From Candidatus Latescibacterota bacterium (GTDB taxonomy: Bacteria; Latescibacterota; UBA2968; UBA8231): a stretch of 64,000 nucleotides of DNA. Shown here piece by piece: positions 42,097-51,022 of the stretch; position 1 is the first letter of the stretch, and each line of letters starts with the position of its first letter. The DNA lies in NCBI GenBank assembly GCA_963422735.1, contig OY730476.1, forward strand, positions 4,078,847 to 4,142,846, in the 5' to 3' direction. The position numbers and the translations under genes were made by a program. Under the pieces are notes generated by a model that was given only the letters and a program-made list of their open reading frames with translations, was not told where the DNA came from and made no database searches.

Positions 42097-43347
42097 ATGG
42101 AAGTACTCGGTGGCCCGCTTTTTGGCGTTGCCGGAGCAGGAGAATCGCACGGCCCGGCGATTGTCACAACAATCTTCGGCTGTCCCCCCGGCCTGTGGGT
42201 GGAGCGCGCCCAGATCCAGCACTATCTCGACCGCCGACGCCCCGGCAGCAACAAGCTGGGCACCCCCCGGCGGGAAGACGACCAAGTCGCCTTGCTGTCC
42301 GGCCTCTACTCGGAAGACCACGACCAGCTTCTATCCGGGCCGGCGCTGCACTTGCACCTAGGCGAGGACGAGACGCCGATGCACACCTATGAAGCCGGCT
42401 TTACTACGGGCGAGCCGATCGCCGCGGCCGTATTCTCGGCCGCCAAACGTTCGGGCGATTACAAGCAGTTCTCAGGGCCGCAGGGCCACGTCCGCCCCGG
42501 ACACACAGACCTAGTCAAGCACTACAAATCGCGGGGCTTTGTCGATGTGCGCGGCGGCGGGCGTTCTAGCTATCGCTCGACCATATCCGATGTCATCGGC
42601 GGCACTATTGCCCGCCTCTATCTGGCCGAGCACTTCGGCACGGCCATTTTCTCTTCGATCTGCCAAGTCGGGCCGCTGGAGACGGGCATTTCCCTAGCGG
42701 CCCGAGTCGCCGAACTAGTCGCCGAAGCCGACGGGCAGCCCCTGTCTCCCGCAACGTGTGCCGCGCTCGAAGGCGAGCTGGAGCGCGGGCCGCTCCGCAC
42801 GGTGGATGCGGATTTCGCCCGCCAAGCGGCCGAACTGATTGCCAAGACCCGCAAGGAGCAGGACTCCATCGGCGCCGCACTCGAAGTAGTGGCCGTCAAC
42901 GTGCCCCCCCTCGTCGGCGAACCTCTGTACCAGAGTCTGAAGTTGCGCCTGATGGGCAGCCTCGGTGGCTTGCACGCGGTGCAAGCCTGCGAAATAGGCA
43001 CAGGCCGCGCTGCATCTGTGCGCCGCGGCAGCGAGCACAACGATCCCATCCGCACCGGCGGGTATCAGAGCAACAGCCACGGTGGCTTGCTCGGCGGCGT
43101 GACCACGGGTATGCCGCTAGTATGCCGCTTGAGCTTCAAGCCCACGGCCACCATCGCCCGGCCCCAAAATTCTGTGCGCAAGGACCTCGAAGAAATCGAG
43201 TTCCAACTCGCCAAGGGCCGCCACGACCCCTGCGTGGGAGTGCGCGCTGGCGCGACCCTAGAATCGCGGCTGGCCATCGAGCTGATGAACGCGATGCTCG
43301 CGCACCAAGCGCGCTGCATAGATGCGGGCAATTTCAAACTTTTCTAA
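42097..43347 (+). CDS. aroC: Chorismate synthase (divergent, with ~29-aa insertion)
   Basis: GESHGPA, LDRRRPG, RPGHTD, RGGGRSS, QSNSHGGLLGG and KGRHDPCVG occur in the canonical order. AAAGGAG lies upstream. Confidence 0.82.
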   Translation: MEVLGGPLFGVAGAGESHGPAIVTTIFGCPPGLWVERAQIQHYLDRRRPGSNKLGTPRREDDQVALLSGLYSEDHDQLLSGPALHLHLGEDETPMHTYEAGFTTGEPIAAAVFSAAKRSGDYKQFSGPQGHVRPGHTDLVKHYKSRGFVDVRGGGRSSYRSTISDVIGGTIARLYLAEHFGTAIFSSICQVGPLETGISLAARVAELVAEADGQPLSPATCAALEGELERGPLRTVDADFARQAAELIAKTRKEQDSIGAALEVVAVNVPPLVGEPLYQSLKLRLMGSLGGLHAVQACEIGTGRAASVRRGSEHNDPIRTGGYQSNSHGGLLGGVTTGMPLVCRLSFKPTATIARPQNSVRKDLEEIEFQLAKGRHDPCVGVRAGATLESRLAIELMNAMLAHQARCIDAGNFKLF

Positions 43348-43365
43348 CTGTTCAGCTTCTAACGC

Positions 43366-44412
43366 TCACAGCGCGGGCATCTCCACGCCCAGTTCCTCCG
43401 CCACCGCGCCGATTTCATCCCAAGTGGGTTGGGGCAAAGCAATGCCTTCGACCAGCAGCCGCGCTCTAGTCTGCTGTTCAAGCTCGCCGGGTGCATAGAC
43501 TTGCTCAAACCCAGGCAAAGGGCGAGCCGAGCACACCCACTTGGCCATCTCTTCGACCTCGCGCTCGTACGAGTCCAAGTCGATAAAATCCTCGATATTG
43601 ATCGCTAGGACCATGATCCCATTACCGTCGTTGCCGCCTTCTTTGGTGCAGCCAGCATGTGAGAGCGGTCCCACCAACATTTCCACCATCATCGCCAGCC
43701 CGCAACCCTTGTGTCCAAACTGCAGGCCGCCCAACGGCAAGACGCCCGTGCCCTCGGCATCGTCTAGATAGCGCTGGGCGTCGGTGACAGGCTGGCCTTC
43801 CCGATCTATAACCCAACCCTCGGGCATCGGCTCCTCGCGAATGTTCTTCTGCACGATTTTGCCACCAGCCACGACGGTCATGGTCATATCGAGCATGAAA
43901 GGCGGACCATTTTGGCGCGGGGCGGAAAAGGCGATAGGCTCAGGACGCAGGCGGCGGTCGGCCGAGCCGAAGGGCGCGAGGAAGAGGCCACCGCCATTGA
44001 GCCAAACCATGCCGATCATGCCCTTTGCAGCCATCCGCGGCGGATAGTCGCCAAGGCGGCAGATATGGCTGACGTGGTTGAGGCCAACAAAGCCGAAGGT
44101 GGCGTTTTGGGCTTTATCAACGGCAATGTCGAGGGCGCGATTGACGGCGACGATGCCGTTGGCTCCCTTGCCGTTGATGATCCTGAGCACGGGAGTGTCG
44201 CGCACGACTTGGGTCTCTTCCCAGCGGACGTAGTTGTTTTGCATCCCGCGGGCGTAGTTGGGGACTAGCCAAGTGCCGTGGGAATCGTGGCCGTGGAGGT
44301 GGCTTTCGACGACGTGGTCGGCGACGATGCGAGCGTCATTTGCGGGAATACCAGTAGCGGCAAAAATGCGATAGCAGAGGTCGTTGAGGGTGTCGTGTTG
44401 GACTACGGGCAT
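43366..44412 (-). CDS. Ldh_2 family oxidoreductase (second paralogue)
   Basis: VESHLHGHDSHGTWLVPNY, INGKGANG and LNHVSHICRLGDY have the same architecture as 10511-11518. Confidence 0.8.
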   Translation of the reverse strand: MPVVQHDTLNDLCYRIFAATGIPANDARIVADHVVESHLHGHDSHGTWLVPNYARGMQNNYVRWEETQVVRDTPVLRIINGKGANGIVAVNRALDIAVDKAQNATFGFVGLNHVSHICRLGDYPPRMAAKGMIGMVWLNGGGLFLAPFGSADRRLRPEPIAFSAPRQNGPPFMLDMTMTVVAGGKIVQKNIREEPMPEGWVIDREGQPVTDAQRYLDDAEGTGVLPLGGLQFGHKGCGLAMMVEMLVGPLSHAGCTKEGGNDGNGIMVLAINIEDFIDLDSYEREVEEMAKWVCSARPLPGFEQVYAPGELEQQTRARLLVEGIALPQPTWDEIGAVAEELGVEMPAL

Positions 44413-44438
44413 GAGGAGTCCTTTGGATGGATACCGGT

Positions 44439-45521
44439 CTAGGAGACGTGCGCTTCCATCAGTTCGGTGAAGTAGCTGAACAAGTGGAAGCTATCGTGCG
44501 GGCCTGGCGAGGCCTCCGGGTGGCACTGGATAGAAAAAATGGGTAGCTCTCGGTGGTGCAGGCCCTCGACGCAATTGTCGTTGAGGTTGAGGCGAGTGAT
44601 TTCGAGGCAGCTCGGCAACGAATCGGCCGCAATGCCCCAGCCGTGGTTTTCAGAAGTAATCAGGATTCGGTCGCTGGCGCGTTCCTTGATCGGCTGATTG
44701 GCCCCACGGTGTCCGAACTTGAGGCGATAAATTTCCGCGCCAAAAGCCAAGCCTAGAATCTCGTGGCCCAAGCAGATGCCGAAGATCGGCTTTTTGCCGA
44801 TGAGGCCCTTACAAGTCTCGATCGCATAGTCGAGGGGCCGGGGATCGCCCGGGCCGTTGGAGAGAAAGACGCCGTCTGGCCCCAAAGCCAAGACCTCATC
44901 GGCCGTGGTTTTGGCCGGTACGACCGTCACCTTGCATCCTGTGGCGACCAAGCAGCGGACAATATTGCGCTTAATTCCGTAGTCTAGAGCCACGACGTGG
45001 AAGCGTGGGGCGTCGGAGCTTTCGACATAGGGCACAGAGCAGCTAACGGCAGCTACCATGTCCACTCCGGTGAGCCCGGGCCAAGCGCGCGCCTTTTCGA
45101 CTAAGCTGTCCGGATCAATATCTGTGGTAGAAATGGCGGCGTCCATCACGCCTTTGATGCGCACTCTGCGAGTCAACTCGCGGGTGTCGAGGCCCTCGAT
45201 GCCGAGAACGCCGTGCTCTTGGAGATACTCGGGCAAACTCTGGTGCGCGCGCCAGCTACTCGGCAGGCGGCAGCACTCCTTCATCAGGAAGCCGCGGACT
45301 TGGGGCCTCGCCGATTCGTCGTCTTCAGGTGCGACCCCATAGTTGCCTATAAGTGGGTACGTCATAGTGACGATTTGGCCGGCATAGGAGGGGTCCGTGA
45401 GAATTTCCTGATAGCCGGTCATGCTAGTATTGAAGACCATTTCGCCGAGGCACTCACCCCCGCGGCCAAGAGCACGGCCCTCAAAGACGGTGCCGTCCGC
45501 GAGCGCGACGAGCGCTTTCAT
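44439..45521 (-). CDS. carA: Carbamoyl-phosphate synthase small (glutaminase) subunit
   Basis: MKALVALADGTVFEG..FNTSMTGYQEILTDPSY, and the GATase triad region GICLGHE ... HPE. Confidence 0.92.
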   Translation of the reverse strand: MKALVALADGTVFEGRALGRGGECLGEMVFNTSMTGYQEILTDPSYAGQIVTMTYPLIGNYGVAPEDDESARPQVRGFLMKECCRLPSSWRAHQSLPEYLQEHGVLGIEGLDTRELTRRVRIKGVMDAAISTTDIDPDSLVEKARAWPGLTGVDMVAAVSCSVPYVESSDAPRFHVVALDYGIKRNIVRCLVATGCKVTVVPAKTTADEVLALGPDGVFLSNGPGDPRPLDYAIETCKGLIGKKPIFGICLGHEILGLAFGAEIYRLKFGHRGANQPIKERASDRILITSENHGWGIAADSLPSCLEITRLNLNDNCVEGLHHRELPIFSIQCHPEASPGPHDSFHLFSYFTELMEAHVS

Positions 45522-45600
45522 CGTCCGTAGATACTCCTTTTAAGAGGGTTTAACAACGAGTAAAAACTTAGGCAAAAAAAGATGCGGTGAACAGGCGACC

Positions 45601-46671
45601 TCATTCCGTTGCCGAGTCGGTCAGGTCTTGGCGCTCCTGCCGTGCGCGCTCCTGCATATCGACGGCCAGATCGAATTCGCCGACGATTTCCTGACCGACG
45701 ATTTCTTCAATCACGTCCTCTAAAGTGACGATGCCAGCAAAGCCACCGTATTCATCGACGACGGCGAAAAGGTGCTCGCGCCGCTGGATAAATTCTTTAA
45801 GCAGGCGGCTAGCCCGCGCCGATTCGGGTACCGAATGGATGGAGCGGCCTACCTCAAAGAGCTTGGCTTGGCCGCGGCCATCGGCCAAGGCACTAAACGC
45901 ATCGCGCCGCAGCACTAAGCCGACGATGTTTTCTCTCTCTCCCTGATAGAGGGGCACCCGGCTGTGGGACCAGCTACCGGACTGCTGGCGGGCCTCGGCC
46001 AAGCTCAAATCGCGGTCGAGGCAGTGGACTACTGTGCGTGGAGTCATAATATTGCTCGCACGCAACTCGTCGAGCTTGAGGATGTTTTGAATGACGCTCT
46101 CTTGATCGGACGAGATGGCACCAGAGCGGCGGCTCATCTGCGCGGTAATCTCAATCTCTTCCGGTGCCACCACCGGCACGTCTGGTGCCCCGGCCGTTAT
46201 GAGCTGCACGATGAATTTATTGAGCCAGATAAGAGGCGTGAACAGCCACACCAGCCATTGGATCGGGCGAGCTATAAACCGAGCGAGAACGCGGGCATGC
46301 ACTACCCCTACTGTCTTGGGAAGAATCTCCGTAAAAATGAGTACTACCAGTGAGAAGGCGATAGTGAAGTACGTCTCCGACGTCCGCGGAAATACTCCGA
46401 CAAAGGCGGCCCCAGCGATGGTGGCACCGCCGGTATGAGCCAACGTGTTCAGCGTGAGAATGGCCGAGATGGGACGCTGGATATCCGCGTGCAGTTTCTT
46501 GAGGATCTTACCCGAAGTGCGCCCTTGGCTAGCCAGCATTTCGATCTGACTGGCGGGCAGCGAATAGAGCGCGGCTTCCAAGAGCGAACAAACACAGGAG
46601 ACGACGAGAACGATGCTGACGGCTAGAATCAGCTCGTATTCAGGGGATATAGGGGATATAAACGCGAACAT
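45601..46671 (-). CDS. CNNM/DUF21 transmembrane domain + CBS pair protein (hemolysin/TlyC-like family)
   Basis: N-terminal four-TM DUF21 region (LLEAALYSL, TLNTLAHTGGA) followed by CBS-pair-like sequence. At 356 aa there is no room for a CorC_HlyC C-terminal domain. Confidence 0.75.
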   Translation of the reverse strand: MFAFISPISPEYELILAVSIVLVVSCVCSLLEAALYSLPASQIEMLASQGRTSGKILKKLHADIQRPISAILTLNTLAHTGGATIAGAAFVGVFPRTSETYFTIAFSLVVLIFTEILPKTVGVVHARVLARFIARPIQWLVWLFTPLIWLNKFIVQLITAGAPDVPVVAPEEIEITAQMSRRSGAISSDQESVIQNILKLDELRASNIMTPRTVVHCLDRDLSLAEARQQSGSWSHSRVPLYQGERENIVGLVLRRDAFSALADGRGQAKLFEVGRSIHSVPESARASRLLKEFIQRREHLFAVVDEYGGFAGIVTLEDVIEEIVGQEIVGEFDLAVDMQERARQERQDLTDSATE

Positions 46672-46690
46672 AGACGCGAGGGCAATTTAA

Positions 46691-46725
46691 CTAAAGAGAG
46701 GGACTCCCCTCCGGGACTCCCTCTC
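46691..46725 (-). terminator. Hairpin terminator-like element downstream of the SWIB gene
   Basis: GAGAGGGA(C)TCCC-CTCC-GGGA(C)TCCCTCTC hairpin (46696-46725). On the minus strand it is followed by TTTAG. Confidence 0.5.
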
Positions 46726-46762
46726 CAATGGCACTGGATTATAACGTCTTGCTCAGGAGTAG

Positions 46763-47116
46763 CTATTCCACGTGCTCATTAATCCGCTTGGTCAGATCAA
46801 ACATACTCACTTGCTTCGCACCGCCGAAGATGGCTTGGAGCTTGTCGTCGGCATTGATCATGCGCCTGTTTTGCTCGTCTTGCAGGCTATTCTTCTTGAT
46901 GTACGCCCAGATTTTCTTGGTGATCTGAGTGCGCGGCAAGGGCTTGTTGCCGACTATGGCCCCTAGGGCGGCGTCGGGCTGCAAGGGCCTCATAAAGGCG
47001 GGATTGGGCTTGCGCTTCGCCTTTTTCTTGGCAGCAGGTTTCTTCTTAGCAATCGCCTTCTTGGAAGCGGCCTTCTTAGCAGCAGGTTTCTTCTTAACAG
47101 TCGCCTTCTTGGCCAT
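46763..47116 (-). CDS. SWIB/MDM2 domain protein with Lys/Ala-rich (histone-H1-like) N-terminal tail
   Basis: ORF trimmed to MAKKATVKKKPAAKKAASKKAIAKKKPAAKKKAKRK. The C-terminal LPRTQITKKIWAYIKKNSLQDEQNRRMINADDKLQAIFGGAKQVSMFDLTKRINEHV fits the SWIB domain pattern. Confidence 0.82.
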   Translation of the reverse strand: MAKKATVKKKPAAKKAASKKAIAKKKPAAKKKAKRKPNPAFMRPLQPDAALGAIVGNKPLPRTQITKKIWAYIKKNSLQDEQNRRMINADDKLQAIFGGAKQVSMFDLTKRINEHVE

Positions 47117-47403
47117 GCGAAGTTCTCCTTTGGCTGATAGGGGTAAAACCCGCAAGAGATGTTTGGGAATTCGGCTTCTCGGCCTCTTCCGCCTTTAAAG
47201 TAAAGTTTAAGGCCGATTCTATCCGCTTTGTGAAGCTACAACATTAGCTTTCAATATAGTACGAGGGTAGTATAAGTCAAGTAAAAATGTAGTCTTTTCA
47301 TAGGAGAAAATGCTCTTACTAGATACGTTTGACACAATTTGCTAAAACGGCCATTTTAATTTTGCACTTGGACTTTGTCGTATTTCGTTAGGTCTAAAAA
47401 TTG

Positions 47404-48210
47404 ATGATCGAAAAGAGCAAATTGGGGTTTCTGGGCACCGGCAACATGGGACGGGCGCTGATCGAGGGTTTGGTTGGCCACTTTCCTTCGGGTCAGATAA
47501 CCGCAGCCGACATCAGGCCGGAGGCTCTTGAGGGCTTGTCGGAGTTGGGCGTCCACACCAGCACCGACTCTGCAGATGCCGTCCGCGGTCAGGACTTGGT
47601 AGTTTTGGTGCTCAAGCCGCAAGTAGCCTCTCCAGTATTAAAGGTGCTAGCCGCGCACTTCAGTACCCAGCAGCTCGTCGTTTCACTCATGGCCGGCGTA
47701 TCGACCGCCCGGCTCGAGAAGTTGCTGCCCGCGCAAATGCCCGTAGTGCGCGTCATGCCGCAGACGCTAGTGAGGGTTCGGGGTGCGGCTTGCGCTCTCT
47801 GCGCTGGTCGCGCTGCCAGCGCGGAGCAGATGGCGCAAGTGCGGTCTCTCTTCGACTTGGTCGGTACAACAGTCGAGGTCGCCGAAAGTCTCATGGACGC
47901 CGTTACGGGGCTTTCCGGTAGCGGCCCGGCTTGGGCTTACACTGTCGTCGAGGCCCTCGCCGCCGGCGGCGTGTGCGCCGGCCTGCCGCGTGAAATCGCA
48001 TTAACACTCGCCGCGCAAACCCTGCTCGGTGCCGCGCGCCTCGTGCTCGAAAGCGGCGAGCATCCGGCCGTGCTCAGAGACCAAGTTACTTCGCCGGGCG
48101 GGACTACGGCCGCGGGGCTGCATAAGCTAGAAGAAAAGGGCCTGCGCGACGCCCTGATCAGTGCTGTGCTAGCCGCAGCCGAGCGCTCCGCCGAGTTGGG
48201 GCAATCGTGA
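47404..48210 (+). CDS. proC: Pyrroline-5-carboxylate reductase
   Basis: LGFLGTGNMG Rossmann motif, then LSGSGPAW and SPGGTTAAGL. ATG at 47404 is preferred over the TTG at 47401. Confidence 0.9.
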   Translation: MIEKSKLGFLGTGNMGRALIEGLVGHFPSGQITAADIRPEALEGLSELGVHTSTDSADAVRGQDLVVLVLKPQVASPVLKVLAAHFSTQQLVVSLMAGVSTARLEKLLPAQMPVVRVMPQTLVRVRGAACALCAGRAASAEQMAQVRSLFDLVGTTVEVAESLMDAVTGLSGSGPAWAYTVVEALAAGGVCAGLPREIALTLAAQTLLGAARLVLESGEHPAVLRDQVTSPGGTTAAGLHKLEEKGLRDALISAVLAAAERSAELGQS

Positions 48211-48809
48211 TCGCGGTCATCGACTACGGCATGGGCAATTTGCGCAGCGTGCAGAAAGCCTTCGAGTTCCTCGGCTATGCGGCCGAAGTCGTCGAGAATC
48301 CCGAGCGCCTACGCGCGGCCACGCATCTCGTATTGCCTGGGGATGCGGCCTTTGGCGACGCCATGCACAACTTGCAGGTCGCCGGTTGGGATTCGGCCAT
48401 CGCCGAGGGCCTCGCGGCCAACAAGCCCTTCTTGGGCATCTGCGTAGGGCTACAGCTCATGTTCGGGGAAAGTGAGGAAATGGGGAGGCATCGCGGCCTC
48501 GGAATCCTGCCGGGGAAATGCGTGCGCTTCCCCCCTGACGAGCGGGTGCCGCACATCGGCTGGAACCAAATCGCCATCAAGCGCGAGGTCTCGCTCTTAG
48601 AGGGCATACCTGAAGGGGTTTTTTTCTACTTCGTACATTCTTACTACGTAGTAAACGAAAACAAAGACGATTGCGTCGCCACGACCGACTATGGGATTGA
48701 CTACACCTCAGTCGCTGGGAGCGGCCGAGTCTTTGGCGTACAATTTCATCCAGAAAAGAGCCAAGTCCACGGCTTGCGCCTCCTCGACAACTTCGCGCGC
48801 CTGCGCTGA
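48207..48809 (+). CDS. hisH: Imidazole glycerol phosphate synthase, glutaminase subunit
   Basis: IAVIDYGMGNLRSV, GICVGLQ and VQFHPEKS. The GTG start overlaps the proC stop. Confidence 0.92.
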   Translation: MIAVIDYGMGNLRSVQKAFEFLGYAAEVVENPERLRAATHLVLPGDAAFGDAMHNLQVAGWDSAIAEGLAANKPFLGICVGLQLMFGESEEMGRHRGLGILPGKCVRFPPDERVPHIGWNQIAIKREVSLLEGIPEGVFFYFVHSYYVVNENKDDCVATTDYGIDYTSVAGSGRVFGVQFHPEKSQVHGLRLLDNFARLR

Positions 48810-48812
48810 GAT

Positions 48813-49586
48813 ATGCTTGCCAAGCGAATCATTCCCTGTCTAGATGTCAAAAATGGCCGCAACGTGCGCGGGGTGCGCTTTTCGGCCGACCGCGACGCCG
48901 GCGACCCCGTTGAGCTAGCCGCGCGCTACGACGCCGAAGGCGCAGACGAGCTCGTCTTCTACGACATCACGGCTTCAGCCGATGGCCGCGCCATCGTCAT
49001 GGATCTCGTGCGCCAAGTCTCCGAGCGGGTCTTCATTCCCCTAATGGTCGGTGGCGGTATTCGCACCTTCGCGGACGTGCGCCACATTCTCAAGACCGGT
49101 GCCGACAAGGTCTCGATCAACTCGGCCCATGTATATTCGCCGGAAATCATCAACCAAAGCGCGGAGAGCTTCGGCTCACAGTGCATCGTCGCGGCTATTG
49201 ACGCGCTTAGGCGGCCGACCGCACCCGGCGAGCCGCCGTCGTGGGAGCTATACATCAACGGCGGGCGAGAGGCCACCGGCATCGACGCCCTAGAGTGGGT
49301 GGAGGCCCTCGTCGATCGCGGAGCGGGCGAGTTGGTACTCAACAGCATCGACGCCGACGGGACGCGCGCCGGGTACGACCTCGCACTAAACCAAGCAGTG
49401 GCGCGCCGCGTAGATGTGCCCATCGTCGCCTCGGGCGGTGCCGGCAACCTCGACCACATTCACGAGGTGCTGACCGCGGGCGAGGCCAGCGCCGCGCTGG
49501 CGGCGTCCATCTTCCACTTCCAGCATTATTCAATTCCCGAAGTCAAGCACTTTCTGCGCGAGCGCGGGGTCATGGTGCGCCAGTGA
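48813..49586 (+). CDS. hisF: Imidazole glycerol phosphate synthase, cyclase subunit
   Basis: MLAKRIIPCLDVKNGR, DELVFYDITAS, VGGGIR, and SGGAG at the C-terminal phosphate-binding site. Confidence 0.92.
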   Translation: MLAKRIIPCLDVKNGRNVRGVRFSADRDAGDPVELAARYDAEGADELVFYDITASADGRAIVMDLVRQVSERVFIPLMVGGGIRTFADVRHILKTGADKVSINSAHVYSPEIINQSAESFGSQCIVAAIDALRRPTAPGEPPSWELYINGGREATGIDALEWVEALVDRGAGELVLNSIDADGTRAGYDLALNQAVARRVDVPIVASGGAGNLDHIHEVLTAGEASAALAASIFHFQHYSIPEVKHFLRERGVMVRQ

Positions 49587-49618
49587 CCGAGGCAAGCCAA
49601 GTGCCGCGACAGGCACTG

Positions 49619-50728
49619 ATGAGCCAAGTGCAGCGGCTGGTAGTCAAGATCGGCAGCAGTGCCCTGACTACTCGGTGCCACAAGCTCGACGATGAAGTCG
49701 TCGCACAGCTCGTCGAAGATGTAGTCGAACTGCGCTCACAAGGCTTGGAGGTGGCAATCGTCACCTCGGGGGCGGTGGCCGTGGGCATGGGGCGGATGGA
49801 GTTGGACAAACGCCCGGACAACATCGCCCAACTACAAGCTCTCGCGGCCATCGGCCAAGTCCTGTTGATGGATATCTACAAGGCCAAGTTCCGCCACCGA
49901 GGTGTGCCCATCGGCCAAGTGCTCCTAACCGCCGAGGATATCCTCGGCGACCGCCATCGCTACGTAAATCTCGAAAACACCTTTCGCAACCTCTTCGCCT
50001 ATGGGGCCGTGCCCCTAATCAACGAAAACGACAGCGTCGCCGTTGCCGAATTGCGGCGGAAACTCGGAGAAAACGACATGCTCGCCGCTTATGTGACGAA
50101 CCTGATCCGGGCGGATATGTTGGTCATTTTCTCGGATGTCGAGGGCCTTTACCACGCCTTTGGCCTGCGCGGCCCCGAAGGCAAGCTAGTGAGCCAAGTG
50201 AGCCAAGACAGCCTCGACCTAGAGGGGATGACTGGCCGTTCGCTCGACGGGCGCGGCCGCGGCGGCATGGCGACTAAGCTACGGGCCGCTCGGCTCTTGA
50301 TGACCTGCGGCGAGATGGCGATCATCGCTCACGGGCGCAAACACCGGTTGCGCCACATCCTCGCTGGCCGCGAGCAGGGGACGCTCTTTCTGCCGACTGG
50401 CCGCAAGCTCAACAGCCGACATCGTTGGATCGGCTTTGCCAGCCAGTGCCGCGGCAGTGCGGTGATCGACCGCGGCGCCCAACGCGCCATCGCCGAGCAA
50501 GACAAGAGTCTGCTCCCGGTGGGGGTCGTCTCCTGCGAGGGCGAGTTTGCCACCGGAGATGTGGTGCAGGTGATCGGCGAGCGCGGCGAGAAGCTGGGGC
50601 GGGGATTGTGCCGCTACTCGGCCTCTGAGCTGCGCCGCATATTAGGCATGACCTCGCCCGAAGTCGCAAGCGCCTTGGGTTGCCCCGCCCGCGAAGTCAT
50701 CCACCGCGACGACCTCGTCTTATTTTAA
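49619..50728 (+). CDS. proB: Glutamate 5-kinase (with PUA domain)
   Basis: Real part of ORF 49241..50728. RLVVKIGSS, IVTSGAVA, PLINENDSV, and a C-terminal PUA region (GVVSCEGEFATGDVV). An alternative GTG start at 49583 overlaps the hisF stop. Confidence 0.88.
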   Translation: MSQVQRLVVKIGSSALTTRCHKLDDEVVAQLVEDVVELRSQGLEVAIVTSGAVAVGMGRMELDKRPDNIAQLQALAAIGQVLLMDIYKAKFRHRGVPIGQVLLTAEDILGDRHRYVNLENTFRNLFAYGAVPLINENDSVAVAELRRKLGENDMLAAYVTNLIRADMLVIFSDVEGLYHAFGLRGPEGKLVSQVSQDSLDLEGMTGRSLDGRGRGGMATKLRAARLLMTCGEMAIIAHGRKHRLRHILAGREQGTLFLPTGRKLNSRHRWIGFASQCRGSAVIDRGAQRAIAEQDKSLLPVGVVSCEGEFATGDVVQVIGERGEKLGRGLCRYSASELRRILGMTSPEVASALGCPAREVIHRDDLVLF

Positions 50729-50736
50729 TTATTGAC

Positions 50737-51018
50737 GTGACTAAAGCGGCCAAAATTTTGCTGATCGCCTTCCTTGCTCTGGTGGCTTACGTGGCCTTTG
50801 GCAATGGGCTGTTATGCAAGGTATGGCAGGAAGAGAAATCCCTAGCGGAGCGCGAAGCACAGGTGAGCCAACTACAGGCCGAAACCGACAGCTTGCGCCA
50901 AGTGCTAAAATTGCTCAAAGGCGACATAGATTTCCTCGAAAGGGTCGCACGCGAAGATCTCGGCTTGGTCAAACCGGGCGAGGTGGTTATTCCCCTGCCT
51001 GCGGAAGAGGGCGATTAA
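50737..51018 (+). CDS. FtsB/DivIC-type septum formation initiator
   Basis: One N-terminal TM segment (ILLIAFLALVAYVAF), a coiled coil, then the conserved ERVAREDLGLVKPGE tail. A GTG start is assumed. Confidence 0.7.
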   Translation: MTKAAKILLIAFLALVAYVAFGNGLLCKVWQEEKSLAEREAQVSQLQAETDSLRQVLKLLKGDIDFLERVAREDLGLVKPGEVVIPLPAEEGD

Positions 51019-51022
51019 CTCT

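Noticed and set aside
47310-47345. 11-codon mini-ORF (MLLLDTFDTIC) after TAGGAG in the proC upstream region, considered as a leader peptide
   Set aside because: It contains no Pro or His codons that would suggest attenuation. The SD-ATG spacing is only 3 nt, and no terminator/antiterminator pair was seen.
49241-49618. Long N-terminal extension of the proB ORF
   Set aside because: It overlaps hisF in another frame and is Arg-rich nonsense. The glutamate 5-kinase homology begins at MSQVQRLVVKIGSS.
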